In this document: in pieces, positions 35,713 through 45,493 of the stretch | Layout: every line of letters begins with the position of its first letter | Position numbering within the stretch: position 1 is the stretch's first letter | DNA from: a virus | IMG/VR virus record: IMGVR_UViG_3300033429_000001 | Location: 1 to 64,000 of that record | Reading direction: 5' to 3' (one strand) | DNA: 64,000 bases | Notes under the pieces: model-generated | Seen by the model: only the letters and a program-made list of their open reading frames with translations | Told to the model about the DNA's origin: nothing | Databases searched by the model: none | Translations under genes and position numbers: made by a program

Positions 35713-35741
35713 TTTCTCTACCCGGAGATTTAGTTTTAGTA

Positions 35742-35776
35742 TGCGGGGAGGCGATTTCCGCGCCTCCCCGCTTTTT
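35742..35776 (+). terminator. Intrinsic terminator after capsid genes
   Basis: GCGGGGAGGCG/CGCCTCCCCGC plus TTTTT. Confidence 0.85.
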
Positions 35777-35789
35777 GAAAGTCATCAAC

Positions 35790-36419
35790 ATGTGGGTACA
35801 ATTAGCTTGTATACAGTACATCGAGAGATACGGACGCCAGATCACCTACTTCCCTGGCGACTGGGTTGATGTAGGCAAGCAACAGGCCCTACGCTGGATT
35901 GCCAACGGGGATGCACATGCCCTTGACCCGTCCGTCAAAAATGAGGCAATAGATTACAGCGCCGGAATTGTGGCTACGACGACTCCGCCAGACGATGCGA
36001 TAGCCAAGCTAAAGGAGATTCCGCAACTACAGTTACAAGTCGGGACGCCAGAGTTGGCTTTTAGTGAGACAATGCTCTGGAACCCATCAGTGCCGCTTAA
36101 ATTCGAGATGATGCCAGTCGGTTTTAAGCTATTGGAGAAATGGCAGATGGCCGTCCCGCTTTTGAACTATGAGACACTGGCCTGTCACATTGGTAGCGAG
36201 GCCGACAGAGAGCGGGCTAAGGGTATCATCAGGGACTTACGCATACCAGTGAGGGACACCCGCCTAATTTTTCTCAGGCGCTGCGAGGCCACCAGGAATC
36301 TGATTACGTTCTGGCAAAAGGAGGTGGCCGGGGGGACAAATGATTATCTAGCTTTTTTGATGGCTATCTACAAGGTAAAGCCGGTGGTATGTGACCTGCC
36401 AACGACATGGACGGTGTAG
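35790..36419 (+). CDS. Hypothetical protein with degenerate GT-A-like domain
   Basis: C-terminal pattern parallels the next two GTs. Confidence 0.6.
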   Translation: MWVQLACIQYIERYGRQITYFPGDWVDVGKQQALRWIANGDAHALDPSVKNEAIDYSAGIVATTTPPDDAIAKLKEIPQLQLQVGTPELAFSETMLWNPSVPLKFEMMPVGFKLLEKWQMAVPLLNYETLACHIGSEADRERAKGIIRDLRIPVRDTRLIFLRRCEATRNLITFWQKEVAGGTNDYLAFLMAIYKVKPVVCDLPTTWTV

Positions 36420-37012
36420 CATTCGTAGCCTACGGCGACAAGGCAAAAAGCGAATTAGAGCAGAGCATCAAGGAATTAAGAAAACATTGCAATCATCCTT
36501 TTATCGTTATTTCTGATAGAAAGATCAAGCCTTATCGTACCGTCGTTTTTGATGCTCTTTACAAGCCGATCCGTTGGCCAAAGCTGTGTATCAATCTGTT
36601 GACACCGTTCAAAAGGACGCTTTACCTTGATGTTGATACCCGAGTACGCCAACCCATAGAGGCAGGCTTTCAGATGCTGACTGATGGGTGGGACATCGTT
36701 ATTGCCCCCAGCGGCCAGCAGGATGAAGAATCAATGTGGCACGTAGAGAAAGACGAGAGAGAATTGACACTCAATGCTCTGGGATTTAATCAAGTTCTAC
36801 AGCTACAGGCCGGGGTGTTTTGGTTCAAGAAGTCCGAACGGGTAGATGAGTTTTTTTTCAACTGGCGGATGGAATGGACTAAGAAGTTTAAGGGTCAGGA
36901 TCAGGCCGCGATGTTGAGAGCGTTGTATCAGACGCCGGTGAAGGTTTGGTTATTGGGCCGGTGCTGGAATGGCGGAGCGGTTATCAATCATTTATTTGGC
37001 AGATTACGATGA
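36407..37012 (+). CDS. GT-A glycosyltransferase (GT8-like)
   Basis: TPF.RTLYLDVDT, AGV.WF, QDQ.A. Confidence 0.82.
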   Translation: MDGVAFVAYGDKAKSELEQSIKELRKHCNHPFIVISDRKIKPYRTVVFDALYKPIRWPKLCINLLTPFKRTLYLDVDTRVRQPIEAGFQMLTDGWDIVIAPSGQQDEESMWHVEKDERELTLNALGFNQVLQLQAGVFWFKKSERVDEFFFNWRMEWTKKFKGQDQAAMLRALYQTPVKVWLLGRCWNGGAVINHLFGRLR

Positions 37013-37182
37013 TTTACACCATTGGCCATGAGCAGAATTATCTCAAAGCAATAAGGGCGTCTATCTTGCCCCGACTGGCAGCCATGAAACGAATCCATTT
37101 GACGAAAAGGGAAAAGAAATGAGCAAGCTAGACAAAATCGAAAAACAAGGTGGTAGTACAACAGTTTTCATAGAGTAAATAA

Positions 37183-38811
37183 ATGCACATACACATAATC
37201 AGCCGTGACTACAAATCAGATAGAATCCTCTCCCGACTGGCTCAAATCCTGGCAGCCCAGCGCGGCTTTACTATTGCCGATGTACCCAACGCCGAAGCCG
37301 ACATCAATTACTTTTTTCCCTATCTCGAATATGACAAAAGTCGTGATTTCAATGCCACCAAGACCGCCGGTTGGTTCACGCACAAGGATACCAACCGCAA
37401 AGAGAAAGTGCCGATGTGGGAAATGGCGGCCAAGGCTGTTGACTTACGGTTGACCAGTGCGGCGATGTACCAAGAACAATTGGAGAAGTTTGGCCCGACC
37501 TCGTTGGTGACAGTACCCCTGGATCGGGAAAAGTTTAGCCCGACTAAAAAGGAGCCGCGCAAGAGGCTTGTCGTCGGCACCAGCGGTTACGTCTATCCCG
37601 AAGGCCGCAAGGGTGAGCAATTGATTACGCGACTCTTCCATGACCATGACCTTGACCTTGACCTGGTGGCCTCTGGTCGAGGCTGGCCAATCCCAACCAA
37701 TGAGTTTACCTGGGACAATATCCAAGAATTTTACCAGGGCCTTGACATCTATCTGTGTACGTCTTTAGTCGAGGGTATCGGGTATGGCCCAATTGAAGCT
37801 ATGGCCTGCGGGGTCCCGGTGGTGATTCCAACAGGGGTAGGCATCTTCGATGAGTTGCCAAACCTGGAAAATTTACACAGGTATGAGGCCGGCAACTATC
37901 AAGATATGAAGCGGGCCATCAAAGAGGCGTGGGACAGACTGAAGCAAGGGGCCTATAACCCCGAAAGCTTGCGCGGTGGTACCCTGAAATTTACAAATGA
38001 AGCCTGGATAAGCATACACCTGATGGCTTTTGAGGAAATGCTCTATGGAATACCGGAGGCAGGTGAATGTCCGAAGTGGAAGAAATCAGCGGGGGTCTAC
38101 TACGTGGCCTATGGTGATCCCTCGCGTGATTGTGCCCGACGAGCTATAAAAAGTTTCAAACAGCACATGCCTGACATCCCGGTGGCCCTGGCCAGTGACA
38201 ATCCGCTCAATGTTGGTGAGGACATTTTCATTGACAACATAGATGAGGATATTGGAGGCCGGTCAGTCAAAACCAAGATTTACGACCTGACCCCAAAAGA
38301 TTGGAATTATGTTTTGTACCTGGATGCCGACACTGAGATTACCGCAGACATCAGCTTTTTATTTCAGGCCCTTGAAGACGGTTGGGAGGCGGTATGGTGT
38401 ACCAACCCAGGCAAATATTCCATTCTCAGTTATGCCAAGCGTCCTGACTGCGAAGAAGAATTTAAGCTAACGCTTGATAAGGTTTCAGCGGCCAATGGCT
38501 CTGAAATTTTACAACTCAATGGCGGCGTCTTTGCTTTCCGGCGCAGCGAACGAACAGCCGCATTTTTCAGAGCATGGCATAATGAGTGGCAGCGGTATGG
38601 GGCCAGGGATCAAATGGCCCTTCATCGGGTACTGTACGACAACCCCATCAGACTGCTTGTGCTGGGGGTCGAGTGGAACACCTCGACCCGGTATATCGAG
38701 GCTGAAAGAACAGCGGGTATTTTGCATTACCAGATGTCAGCCAGGCGGTGGCGGGGGCCGATCAATGGGCGGCTAGATAGTCAGGAAGCTTGGTCTAAGG
38801 TAGAGGTGTAA
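37183..38811 (+). CDS. Bifunctional glycosyltransferase: GT-B (GT4-like) plus GT-A
   Basis: S..EG.G.GPIEAMACGVPVV; LYLDADT, NGGV..F, RDQ.A. Confidence 0.88.
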   Translation: MHIHIISRDYKSDRILSRLAQILAAQRGFTIADVPNAEADINYFFPYLEYDKSRDFNATKTAGWFTHKDTNRKEKVPMWEMAAKAVDLRLTSAAMYQEQLEKFGPTSLVTVPLDREKFSPTKKEPRKRLVVGTSGYVYPEGRKGEQLITRLFHDHDLDLDLVASGRGWPIPTNEFTWDNIQEFYQGLDIYLCTSLVEGIGYGPIEAMACGVPVVIPTGVGIFDELPNLENLHRYEAGNYQDMKRAIKEAWDRLKQGAYNPESLRGGTLKFTNEAWISIHLMAFEEMLYGIPEAGECPKWKKSAGVYYVAYGDPSRDCARRAIKSFKQHMPDIPVALASDNPLNVGEDIFIDNIDEDIGGRSVKTKIYDLTPKDWNYVLYLDADTEITADISFLFQALEDGWEAVWCTNPGKYSILSYAKRPDCEEEFKLTLDKVSAANGSEILQLNGGVFAFRRSERTAAFFRAWHNEWQRYGARDQMALHRVLYDNPIRLLVLGVEWNTSTRYIEAERTAGILHYQMSARRWRGPINGRLDSQEAWSKVEV

Positions 38812-38917
38812 TGGTCGCTATTCCAGAATGCTCAGCACATGGTAACCAATGTGTACCACATGCATTAGAGTGGATTGCAGAGCAAGCAAAAGTTAGCGAG
38901 AAAGAGATGGCCAGACC

Positions 38918-39754
38918 GTGAAAATTGCCATAGTAGTCCCCATCGGCCCGCTTGACAGATTTGGCTATCAGCACATCTATAGAGAGTGCATTGAGAGCAT
39001 GGCCAATTTTGCTGATCAAGTATTTTTAGTTTCTACGACCAGAGAAGTTAAGCGAGCCGATAACTTTAATTGGCCTCAAGATAAAGGCATTGATTTAGAG
39101 AACCTTAATATAATCTCAGACTCCCGCACCTGGTTTGCTCGCACCCCCGAAGGCGACGAATGGTTCGACGCCTACAAAGTTCTTGAAAATGTCAATGTCG
39201 GAGTTTACGCAGCCAGAAGCGAAGGCGTTGACGTAGTTATGTGCCTTTTCTGTAATAACTACATCCCGGAAATGGCCTATGAGGGCCTGCGGGCGCGGTG
39301 TGAAAAAGTGGCGACCGGTGAACAAGCAACGGCATCGTACTATCGCAAGGATCAGTTGTACAACCAAATGTTTTCAGCCAGCGTGTCAATGCCGTTCATC
39401 ATCAACTCAAGAGACACTTACCGTTTTGCAGCCGACGCAATCACCAACGAACGAGAGGTGGCCTGGATGCAACGGGGAGACTTTTCAGAGTTTGATGGGG
39501 AGGCCGTGGTTGACGTTCAACTCGAAGTGACGACTAGAGACTTGCGCGAAAAAATGAATTTTATGAGATGCTACTCTGATTTGGTTCCGAAGCGCAAGCC
39601 AGAATTTGATGAAGGGTACTGGCTTGATTATTACGTCAAAAAGTTTCAGCAAAAAAAGATGTTGCTAGATAGCAATCTGGACAAAACCGGGCAGGCGATT
39701 GCCAGATTGAGTCAACCGGACTTTGCGAGCCGGTATGTGTTGGAGCAGATATGA
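38918..39754 (+). CDS. Divergent GT2-like protein
   Basis: IAIVVP...ECIESM..FADQV start; cluster context. Confidence 0.55.
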   Translation: MKIAIVVPIGPLDRFGYQHIYRECIESMANFADQVFLVSTTREVKRADNFNWPQDKGIDLENLNIISDSRTWFARTPEGDEWFDAYKVLENVNVGVYAARSEGVDVVMCLFCNNYIPEMAYEGLRARCEKVATGEQATASYYRKDQLYNQMFSASVSMPFIINSRDTYRFAADAITNEREVAWMQRGDFSEFDGEAVVDVQLEVTTRDLREKMNFMRCYSDLVPKRKPEFDEGYWLDYYVKKFQQKKMLLDSNLDKTGQAIARLSQPDFASRYVLEQI

Positions 39755-40008
39755 GTCCCATCAGCCTGGATGACGTAAACAAAAAAGTTTACCCTGATTA
39801 TTTCCAGCCCCGGCAATGGGATGCCTTGCAACTAAAATTATTGGGCTACACAATTGATGGAATGGCAATCGAATTGGGAGTAGCGTATCATACCGCCTCT
39901 GACCTGTGGGCAGAGGTCAGGGAAATACTGGGCATAAGTGGTAGCAATGGCCAGAGGAAGTTAATGAGATGGGCATTAAAGAATGGTTTAATAAGCAAAA
40001 ATTTCTAA
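39751..40008 (+). CDS. LuxR-like HTH protein
   Basis: PRQ......GYT...MA.ELGV...T. Confidence 0.65.
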   Translation: MSPISLDDVNKKVYPDYFQPRQWDALQLKLLGYTIDGMAIELGVAYHTASDLWAEVREILGISGSNGQRKLMRWALKNGLISKNF

Positions 40009-40595
40009 TTCTGGTAATACTAATCATTGTTTTTATTATTATGATCGGAGTAGGATTCTTTGAGTCTGCAATTATTCCTCAAGCCTCATCGCTAAAGAGT
40101 CAAGTTGTTAATGAAGAGTTTGACAATCTGGACGGTGAGGGAGAAATAAAATGGTATGATGGTTTTTTTACCTGGAACCCTACCGCGCAGGTCACAGGCT
40201 ATCCGTTCATTACCGGGTCAGTTACCATTCGTTGGGATGACTTTGACACCGGCTTAATGGCAGTATCCGTACCATACACGACCACCAAACTGGTAGTAGA
40301 ATTAGAGTTGCGAGGCACTAAAACATACACTCAAATATTGACTAGCGATTTGCCTGGTGCATCTCAACCGCAAACAGGAATTTTCGATAAGTTGATTTGG
40401 GTATGGATAGATGTTGAGCCAGGTGACTACGATGAGCACATTAAAGGATATTGGTCAGTCAAGGAAGAGAGAATACCTTTACAATTTGTCAGAAACGGCG
40501 AGATTGTACAGCCAGTGACAAACTTCGTTCTTTATCGAGGTGGCCTGACCATTCCTCAATTGCTGTACTTGCCGGTAGTGATGAAGGCTAATTGA
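39969..40595 (+). CDS. Exported/membrane-anchored protein ending LYLPVVMK
   Basis: N-terminal TM; Chloroflexota-type YLP terminal motif. Confidence 0.65.
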   Translation: MGIKEWFNKQKFLILVILIIVFIIMIGVGFFESAIIPQASSLKSQVVNEEFDNLDGEGEIKWYDGFFTWNPTAQVTGYPFITGSVTIRWDDFDTGLMAVSVPYTTTKLVVELELRGTKTYTQILTSDLPGASQPQTGIFDKLIWVWIDVEPGDYDEHIKGYWSVKEERIPLQFVRNGEIVQPVTNFVLYRGGLTIPQLLYLPVVMKAN

Positions 40596-40619
40596 TTTGA
40601 CAGAGCAAGATGAACTATT

Positions 40620-40650
40620 AATGAAACCCTTAAAAATCGCCCTCTTCCAT
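40620..40650. repeat. 31-bp exact direct repeat (start of a GT gene); other copy 42484-42514
   Basis: AATGAAACCCTTAAAAATCGCCCTCTTCCAT at both sites. Confidence 0.95.
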
Positions 40651-40688
40651 TTAGACGGCGGTCTAGGCTGCCGCATTTTCTACAAGGT

Positions 40689-41114
40689 TTAGTCATGATG
40701 TTTACCAGAAATCTTTTCTCTAATTGCTTCAACAATGAAACCGTTACGGTTGGTGGTATTTTCTGCTAACCACTTGATAAGGTCAGGAGGCAACTTGAGC
40801 GGAACTTGTTGGTACTTTTCAGTTTTAGGTTTTGGTGGGCGACCCCCGGGTGGGTTGCGAAGGCCGCCGCGTTTGGATCTAGCTTTCATATATTCCCTAC
40901 CTTCATCTACGCTCACTCGGTTGCCACAAATTGAGCAAAAATATGAGCTAAATACAATGCCCTCTGTTACACTTGGGTGGTCTGGATGAATCTGGTAAAC
41001 GGTTTCTGGATGTGCAATCTTAGAAAATCCTTCAACTCTATAATCGTGAGAACAAGCCGAGGCCTTTTTATCCATTGCCTCAGCTTGTTCCCTTAGTTCA
41101 TTGTAGGTTATCAT
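40689..41114 (-). CDS. Zn-binding plus RHH-type DNA-binding protein
   Basis: CSH...CSICG; RGG.R..GGRP and LPPDL..WL....NRN.FI.EAI. Confidence 0.7.
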   Translation of the reverse strand: MITYNELREQAEAMDKKASACSHDYRVEGFSKIAHPETVYQIHPDHPSVTEGIVFSSYFCSICGNRVSVDEGREYMKARSKRGGLRNPPGGRPPKPKTEKYQQVPLKLPPDLIKWLAENTTNRNGFIVEAIREKISGKHHD

Positions 41115-41299
41115 TAGATTACACTATCTGTAATCATATCGTAAGCAACACTATTTAGGGCTTTTTCTTCTGCCTGATGTCGGCTGGTTCGTTGATAATT
41201 TGCGGCTTCATAGAGATACATTTGGATATAATCTACAAATACTGACATCCAAAAATTGTCATTTTTTAGAATTTGTTGGGCCTTTTGTCCGTTAGTCAT
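41114..41299 (-). CDS. Hypothetical protein
   Basis: AGGAG RBS, own promoter. Confidence 0.65.
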   Translation of the reverse strand: MTNGQKAQQILKNDNFWMSVFVDYIQMYLYEAANYQRTSRHQAEEKALNSVAYDMITDSVI

Positions 41300-41340
41300 T
41301 TTTGTTATCTCCTGTTGATTAGTGTTTACTCTATGGTTAC

Positions 41341-41416
41341 AGTATATACTAAAATCAAAGAAATGTCAATAGGTTTCTTTACATAATTACAATGAGTTTT
41401 ACTAATTTTAAGGTTA
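41341..41416 (-). promoter_or_regulatory. Leftward promoter TTGACA-17-TATACT with upstream TAACCTTAAAATTA box
   Basis: Consensus match; box shared with the 16.9, 21.7 and 22.9 kb cassettes. Confidence 0.8.
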
Positions 41417-41458
41417 GAAAATGAAACCCGCGAAATGAAATGAAAAACGAGGACCAAA

Positions 41459-41773
41459 ATGGATTTTTCAGACTTCAAGGTTTATCGGTGGTGGATAGGT
41501 GGGAAATGGTATTTCTATAAATTAGGTATAGATACACCAAATATCTGTCTATTCACAGCTTGGTTGCAAGTTCCGCCAAACCGTATAGACGAAAATTTTT
41601 GTACGTTATTAGACACTGAAGATTATTGCCTAAAAAGCGGATCGTATGAAACGCCGTCTATGCTGGGGAGACAGCCGGTTGCCGAAGGAAAAGAGCGTAA
41701 GGGCGGCCTAAATCAACCGCCCAATTTTCCGAAACCAAACATAAAGCCTCCGGCGCAACATCGAGAAATATGA
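41459..41773 (+). CDS. Hypothetical protein
   Basis: GAGGA RBS. Confidence 0.5.
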   Translation: MDFSDFKVYRWWIGGKWYFYKLGIDTPNICLFTAWLQVPPNRIDENFCTLLDTEDYCLKSGSYETPSMLGRQPVAEGKERKGGLNQPPNFPKPNIKPPAQHREI

Positions 41774-41789
41774 TAGCAGAGGTAAAAAA

Positions 41790-42488
41790 ATGCACGATCC
41801 AAAAACAGTAGCACATGAAATTAAAATAAAAAATTGGTGTCTTCTTACTATTTGGCACGTTGACCCAGAAAGCGACGGGACAGATGACAGTTGCGGGTGG
41901 GGACGCCCAAGACTGACAGAGAAGGAAAACAAAATTATCAATGATGTGATAGAGTGGGAAAAATCATTCCCGTATTACTCTTCTCCCTCTCTCCCTGTGG
42001 TGCAAGTTAACCCGGAATACGATTTTAATCAAATGTTGGCCGGCGATTGCTTGGCGCATGTTGCTGGCGCTTGGCAGCATATTGCTTTGACACGTGATCG
42101 ACGAAAAAAAATGACGAATGCCGAGTGGTGGGAAATAGTTGGGTTGGCAACGAATCCTGATGATAATTTACGGGCTACTCTGGCAGACATGGAGGAAAAG
42201 CCAAGGGAAAGAATTTGGCGCTTCTTCTCTTGTGTGATGCGGGCATATTTACGTTTCCATCGTCATTGGTGGCGCCATCCACGTTGGCATATTCATCATT
42301 GGGAATTCCAAGTGCATCCAATTCAGCGATTAAAGCGTTGGTTATTTAGCAGATGTGCTTACTGTGGAGAGCATTTTAAGTATGGTTATGCGCCAACGTC
42401 AACGTATGGAGGCGGGGGGCCTCGTTGGTTTAAAAGCGAGAAGCAGGTCTATCATCATAATTGCTATTCTATAGCAAGGAGAAAATGA
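41790..42488 (+). CDS. Conserved phage-type hypothetical protein
   Basis: MHDP.TVA..I...IWHVDPE.DG.DDSCGW...W..HPRWHIHHW...C..CG. Confidence 0.75.
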   Translation: MHDPKTVAHEIKIKNWCLLTIWHVDPESDGTDDSCGWGRPRLTEKENKIINDVIEWEKSFPYYSSPSLPVVQVNPEYDFNQMLAGDCLAHVAGAWQHIALTRDRRKKMTNAEWWEIVGLATNPDDNLRATLADMEEKPRERIWRFFSCVMRAYLRFHRHWWRHPRWHIHHWEFQVHPIQRLKRWLFSRCAYCGEHFKYGYAPTSTYGGGGPRWFKSEKQVYHHNCYSIARRK

Positions 42489-43444
42489 AACCCTTAAAAA
42501 TCGCCCTCTTCCATCGAGATAACTGGTACCGCCACAAGCGCATTGACGGACAATTTGCCTACGCTGTACCAGAGTTTACTTTTGAACACTACATTGTTCC
42601 GAAAGCGTTTCAATTTGACTTAGACATATTGCCAAGTGATGTAGATATCGCCTGGCTTGATGAGGGCAAATACCGGGGCAACCGGCTCTTTCTCCCGTTG
42701 CGAGACTCACGCAGCATTCCGGTAGTCTGCCATTTTATCTACACGACTTTACAACAGCACATCTACTGGAGCCGGGTGGAGCGGGCCAAGAAAAATGCTG
42801 ACATGGTATTATTGGACTATGACCAGTTAGATAGATTCCAATCGTACCTTGAGATGCCGGTCAGACGCCTGGCCTATGCGGTCAATGAGAAGTACTATTT
42901 TGATCGGGGTTACAGGCGAATTTATGACGTAGGCTTTTTTAGCATCTGGAAGTACAACCCGGAACGTCCAAAACTTGACATGTGGCTGGAATGGTTTTGC
43001 AAACGAAAAGGTTACGCCTACTGCACAAACCGGGGCCGTGATATGAGAGAAAAGTACGCTGACTTTTTGGCCCAATGCAAGGTAGTGATTCATCTCAATC
43101 GAAATGAGGCCACCAGACCGGCGCGTATCTTTGATGTGGCAGCCAGCCGAACGGCAATGTTAAGCAATCCCATGCCAGAGGTGAGCGGAGAGGAATTCGT
43201 ACCATACCAGCATTACGTTCCGTTTCGCTATCCTACCTCAGATTACACCGAGGAAAAGAGGCGGGTAGCAACATACACGGATAATGATTGTCGGGAGATT
43301 GCCAATGGCCTTGAGTACTTGCTGGACGATGGCCATTGGGAAGATATAGCTCAACAGTCATATGATTACGTGCTGACCAATCATACTTGGGCAACCAGAG
43401 CAACGCAATTGAGACAGACATTTGATGAGGCGTTGGGACTATGA
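42485..43444 (+). CDS. CgeB/YkvP-like glycosyltransferase
   Basis: YDVGF, Y...L..CKVVI, RIFDVAA, NHTW..RA. Confidence 0.82.
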   Translation: MKPLKIALFHRDNWYRHKRIDGQFAYAVPEFTFEHYIVPKAFQFDLDILPSDVDIAWLDEGKYRGNRLFLPLRDSRSIPVVCHFIYTTLQQHIYWSRVERAKKNADMVLLDYDQLDRFQSYLEMPVRRLAYAVNEKYYFDRGYRRIYDVGFFSIWKYNPERPKLDMWLEWFCKRKGYAYCTNRGRDMREKYADFLAQCKVVIHLNRNEATRPARIFDVAASRTAMLSNPMPEVSGEEFVPYQHYVPFRYPTSDYTEEKRRVATYTDNDCREIANGLEYLLDDGHWEDIAQQSYDYVLTNHTWATRATQLRQTFDEALGL

Positions 43445-43589
43445 CTCAAATAGATTCAGATAAAGCCATGCCGGTTGATATGAACAATGCCTATATTTGG
43501 GCAGGTGGTTGATAATGACGCCATCAGAATTAGGTCATGAAACTGGTGGAAGCAATTGAAATCTTTCTAAAAGAGATAACAGATTAACT

Positions 43590-44732
43590 ATGACCATTCA
43601 AGTATTCAAACCTAACTTTGATAAGGTAGAAGTCGAAGCGGTAAGAGAAGTACTGCTTTCCGGTTGGGTCGGTCTGGGTCCAAAAACCGATTTATTCGAG
43701 CGAGAGTTTGCCAACTATGTGGGCGCATCGTATGCGATAGGGGTCAATAGCGGCACATCTGCCCTCCACCTATCTCTAGCCGCGCTAGGCATTGGCCCCG
43801 GCGATGAGGTTTTAGTACCAACCATCACCTTTGCATCGACAGCGCATGCGGTGAGCTATTGCGGAGCCACGCCGGTTTTTGTGGACATTGAGGCCGATAC
43901 GCTCAATGTAGATGTTGATAAGCTTAAGCAATACGTCACACAAAATACCAAAGCGATTATTCCGGTTCATTTTGGTGGCCATTGCTGCAACATGGAATCC
44001 ATCTGGAGATTCGCCACGGCACATGATCTATTTGTAATTGAGGATGCGGCACATGCCTGTGGCAGCAAGCACGATACAAGGATGGTCGGCTCTCTGCCCA
44101 GCGAAACCACCTGCTTTAGTTTTCACGCCGTCAAGAATCTGGCCTGTGGCGACGGTGGGATGATTACCACCAGTCGGCTAGACATCGCTCAGGCGTTGCG
44201 AAAACTTAGATGGTGCGGCATTGACAAATCGACCTGGGACCGGGTTGGTGAGTACCGGGCAGCGATCAATACACAGTATGCAAAATATAGCTGGTATTAT
44301 GAAATCCATCAGCTTGGCTTCAAGGCTCACATGAATGACATCACCGCTGCCATCGGGTTGGTGCAACTTGGCAAGCTAGACGGGGCCAACGAGCGGCGGC
44401 GGAAAATTGCCAGGCGTTACACAGATGAGTTGTCTAGCCTGGATTGGCTGACCTGTCCCGGTGTGTTAGATGTAGATTACGGCAAAAGCGCATGGCACAA
44501 TTATGTAATCAAAACCGACAGGCGCGATGAGTTAAACACTTATCTCAAGGAATTCGACATTATGACCGGCGTTCATTACATGCCGTTGCACTTGCAGCCG
44601 TACTATCGGACAACCTCCGCTTTGCCGGTTGCCGAGAGAGTATGGCCCAAACTATTGACCTTGCCTCTTTATCCGTCACTGACTGATGATGAGGTAGGGC
44701 AGGTTATTCGTAGGATTAAGGCGTTTCAATGA
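43590..44732 (+). CDS. DegT/DnrJ/EryC1/StrS PLP-dependent sugar aminotransferase
   Basis: NSGTSALHL, GPGDEV.VP..TF, IEDAAHA.G, FSFHAVKNL..GDGG. Confidence 0.95.
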   Translation: MTIQVFKPNFDKVEVEAVREVLLSGWVGLGPKTDLFEREFANYVGASYAIGVNSGTSALHLSLAALGIGPGDEVLVPTITFASTAHAVSYCGATPVFVDIEADTLNVDVDKLKQYVTQNTKAIIPVHFGGHCCNMESIWRFATAHDLFVIEDAAHACGSKHDTRMVGSLPSETTCFSFHAVKNLACGDGGMITTSRLDIAQALRKLRWCGIDKSTWDRVGEYRAAINTQYAKYSWYYEIHQLGFKAHMNDITAAIGLVQLGKLDGANERRRKIARRYTDELSSLDWLTCPGVLDVDYGKSAWHNYVIKTDRRDELNTYLKEFDIMTGVHYMPLHLQPYYRTTSALPVAERVWPKLLTLPLYPSLTDDEVGQVIRRIKAFQ

Positions 44733-45493
44733 CACGAGTGCTTTTTTTAGGTGGCAAGTCAATCGGGTGTTTATGTTTTGATTACTTGCTATCAATTGAG
44801 GATATAGAAATAGTTGGAGCATTCGTCAATCCAGGTGATGACGACCCGGATAGGCGTTATCCCTCTTTGGGAGAGTTGGCCCGGGGGGCGGGTGTACCGG
44901 TGTATACCACCAATATCAACCAGGAGGTAGCCGCACTTATCGGAGATATACAACCGGCCTTGATTGTGGCCGTGTACTATGACCGCATCCTCAAACGGGA
45001 AGTTATTGACATCCCGCCAATGGGCTGTGTCAATCTACACTTTGCTTTGGCTGAAGAGTATCGGGGTTGTTACCCGACGACTTGGGCAATTACAGACGGC
45101 AAAGATCATGCCGGGGTGACCATCCATTACATTGACGAGGGTGTCGATAGCGGGGACATTATCAGTGAGAAGCGCATAGATATTATGCCGACAGATACGG
45201 GCCGGAGTCTGTATGAAAAATGTACCGTTGAGGGAGCCGCATTGTTTAGAGAGACGTTACCGAAAATTTTGGACGGCACAGCGGTTCGGCGACCGCAGGA
45301 ATACACCCACCACACCCGCAGTCATTCCAGAAAATTCCCATCTCAACGGGTTTTGATTTCGCAGCAAACAGCAAATAAAATAAGGGCGCTCTATTTCCCG
45401 CCATTCCCACTCCCATATGTACTGATTGGCGGCAAAAAATTTGTCGTTGTGGAGGAAGAGTATGTCTCAATTCCAGAGACAACGAGTTTTTAG
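44729..45493 (+). CDS. Sugar N-formyltransferase (Fmt/ArnA-like)
   Basis: NLH..L...YRG..P..WAI, GVTIH.IDEGVDSGDII. Confidence 0.9.
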   Translation: MTRVLFLGGKSIGCLCFDYLLSIEDIEIVGAFVNPGDDDPDRRYPSLGELARGAGVPVYTTNINQEVAALIGDIQPALIVAVYYDRILKREVIDIPPMGCVNLHFALAEEYRGCYPTTWAITDGKDHAGVTIHYIDEGVDSGDIISEKRIDIMPTDTGRSLYEKCTVEGAALFRETLPKILDGTAVRRPQEYTHHTRSHSRKFPSQRVLISQQTANKIRALYFPPFPLPYVLIGGKKFVVVEEEYVSIPETTSF

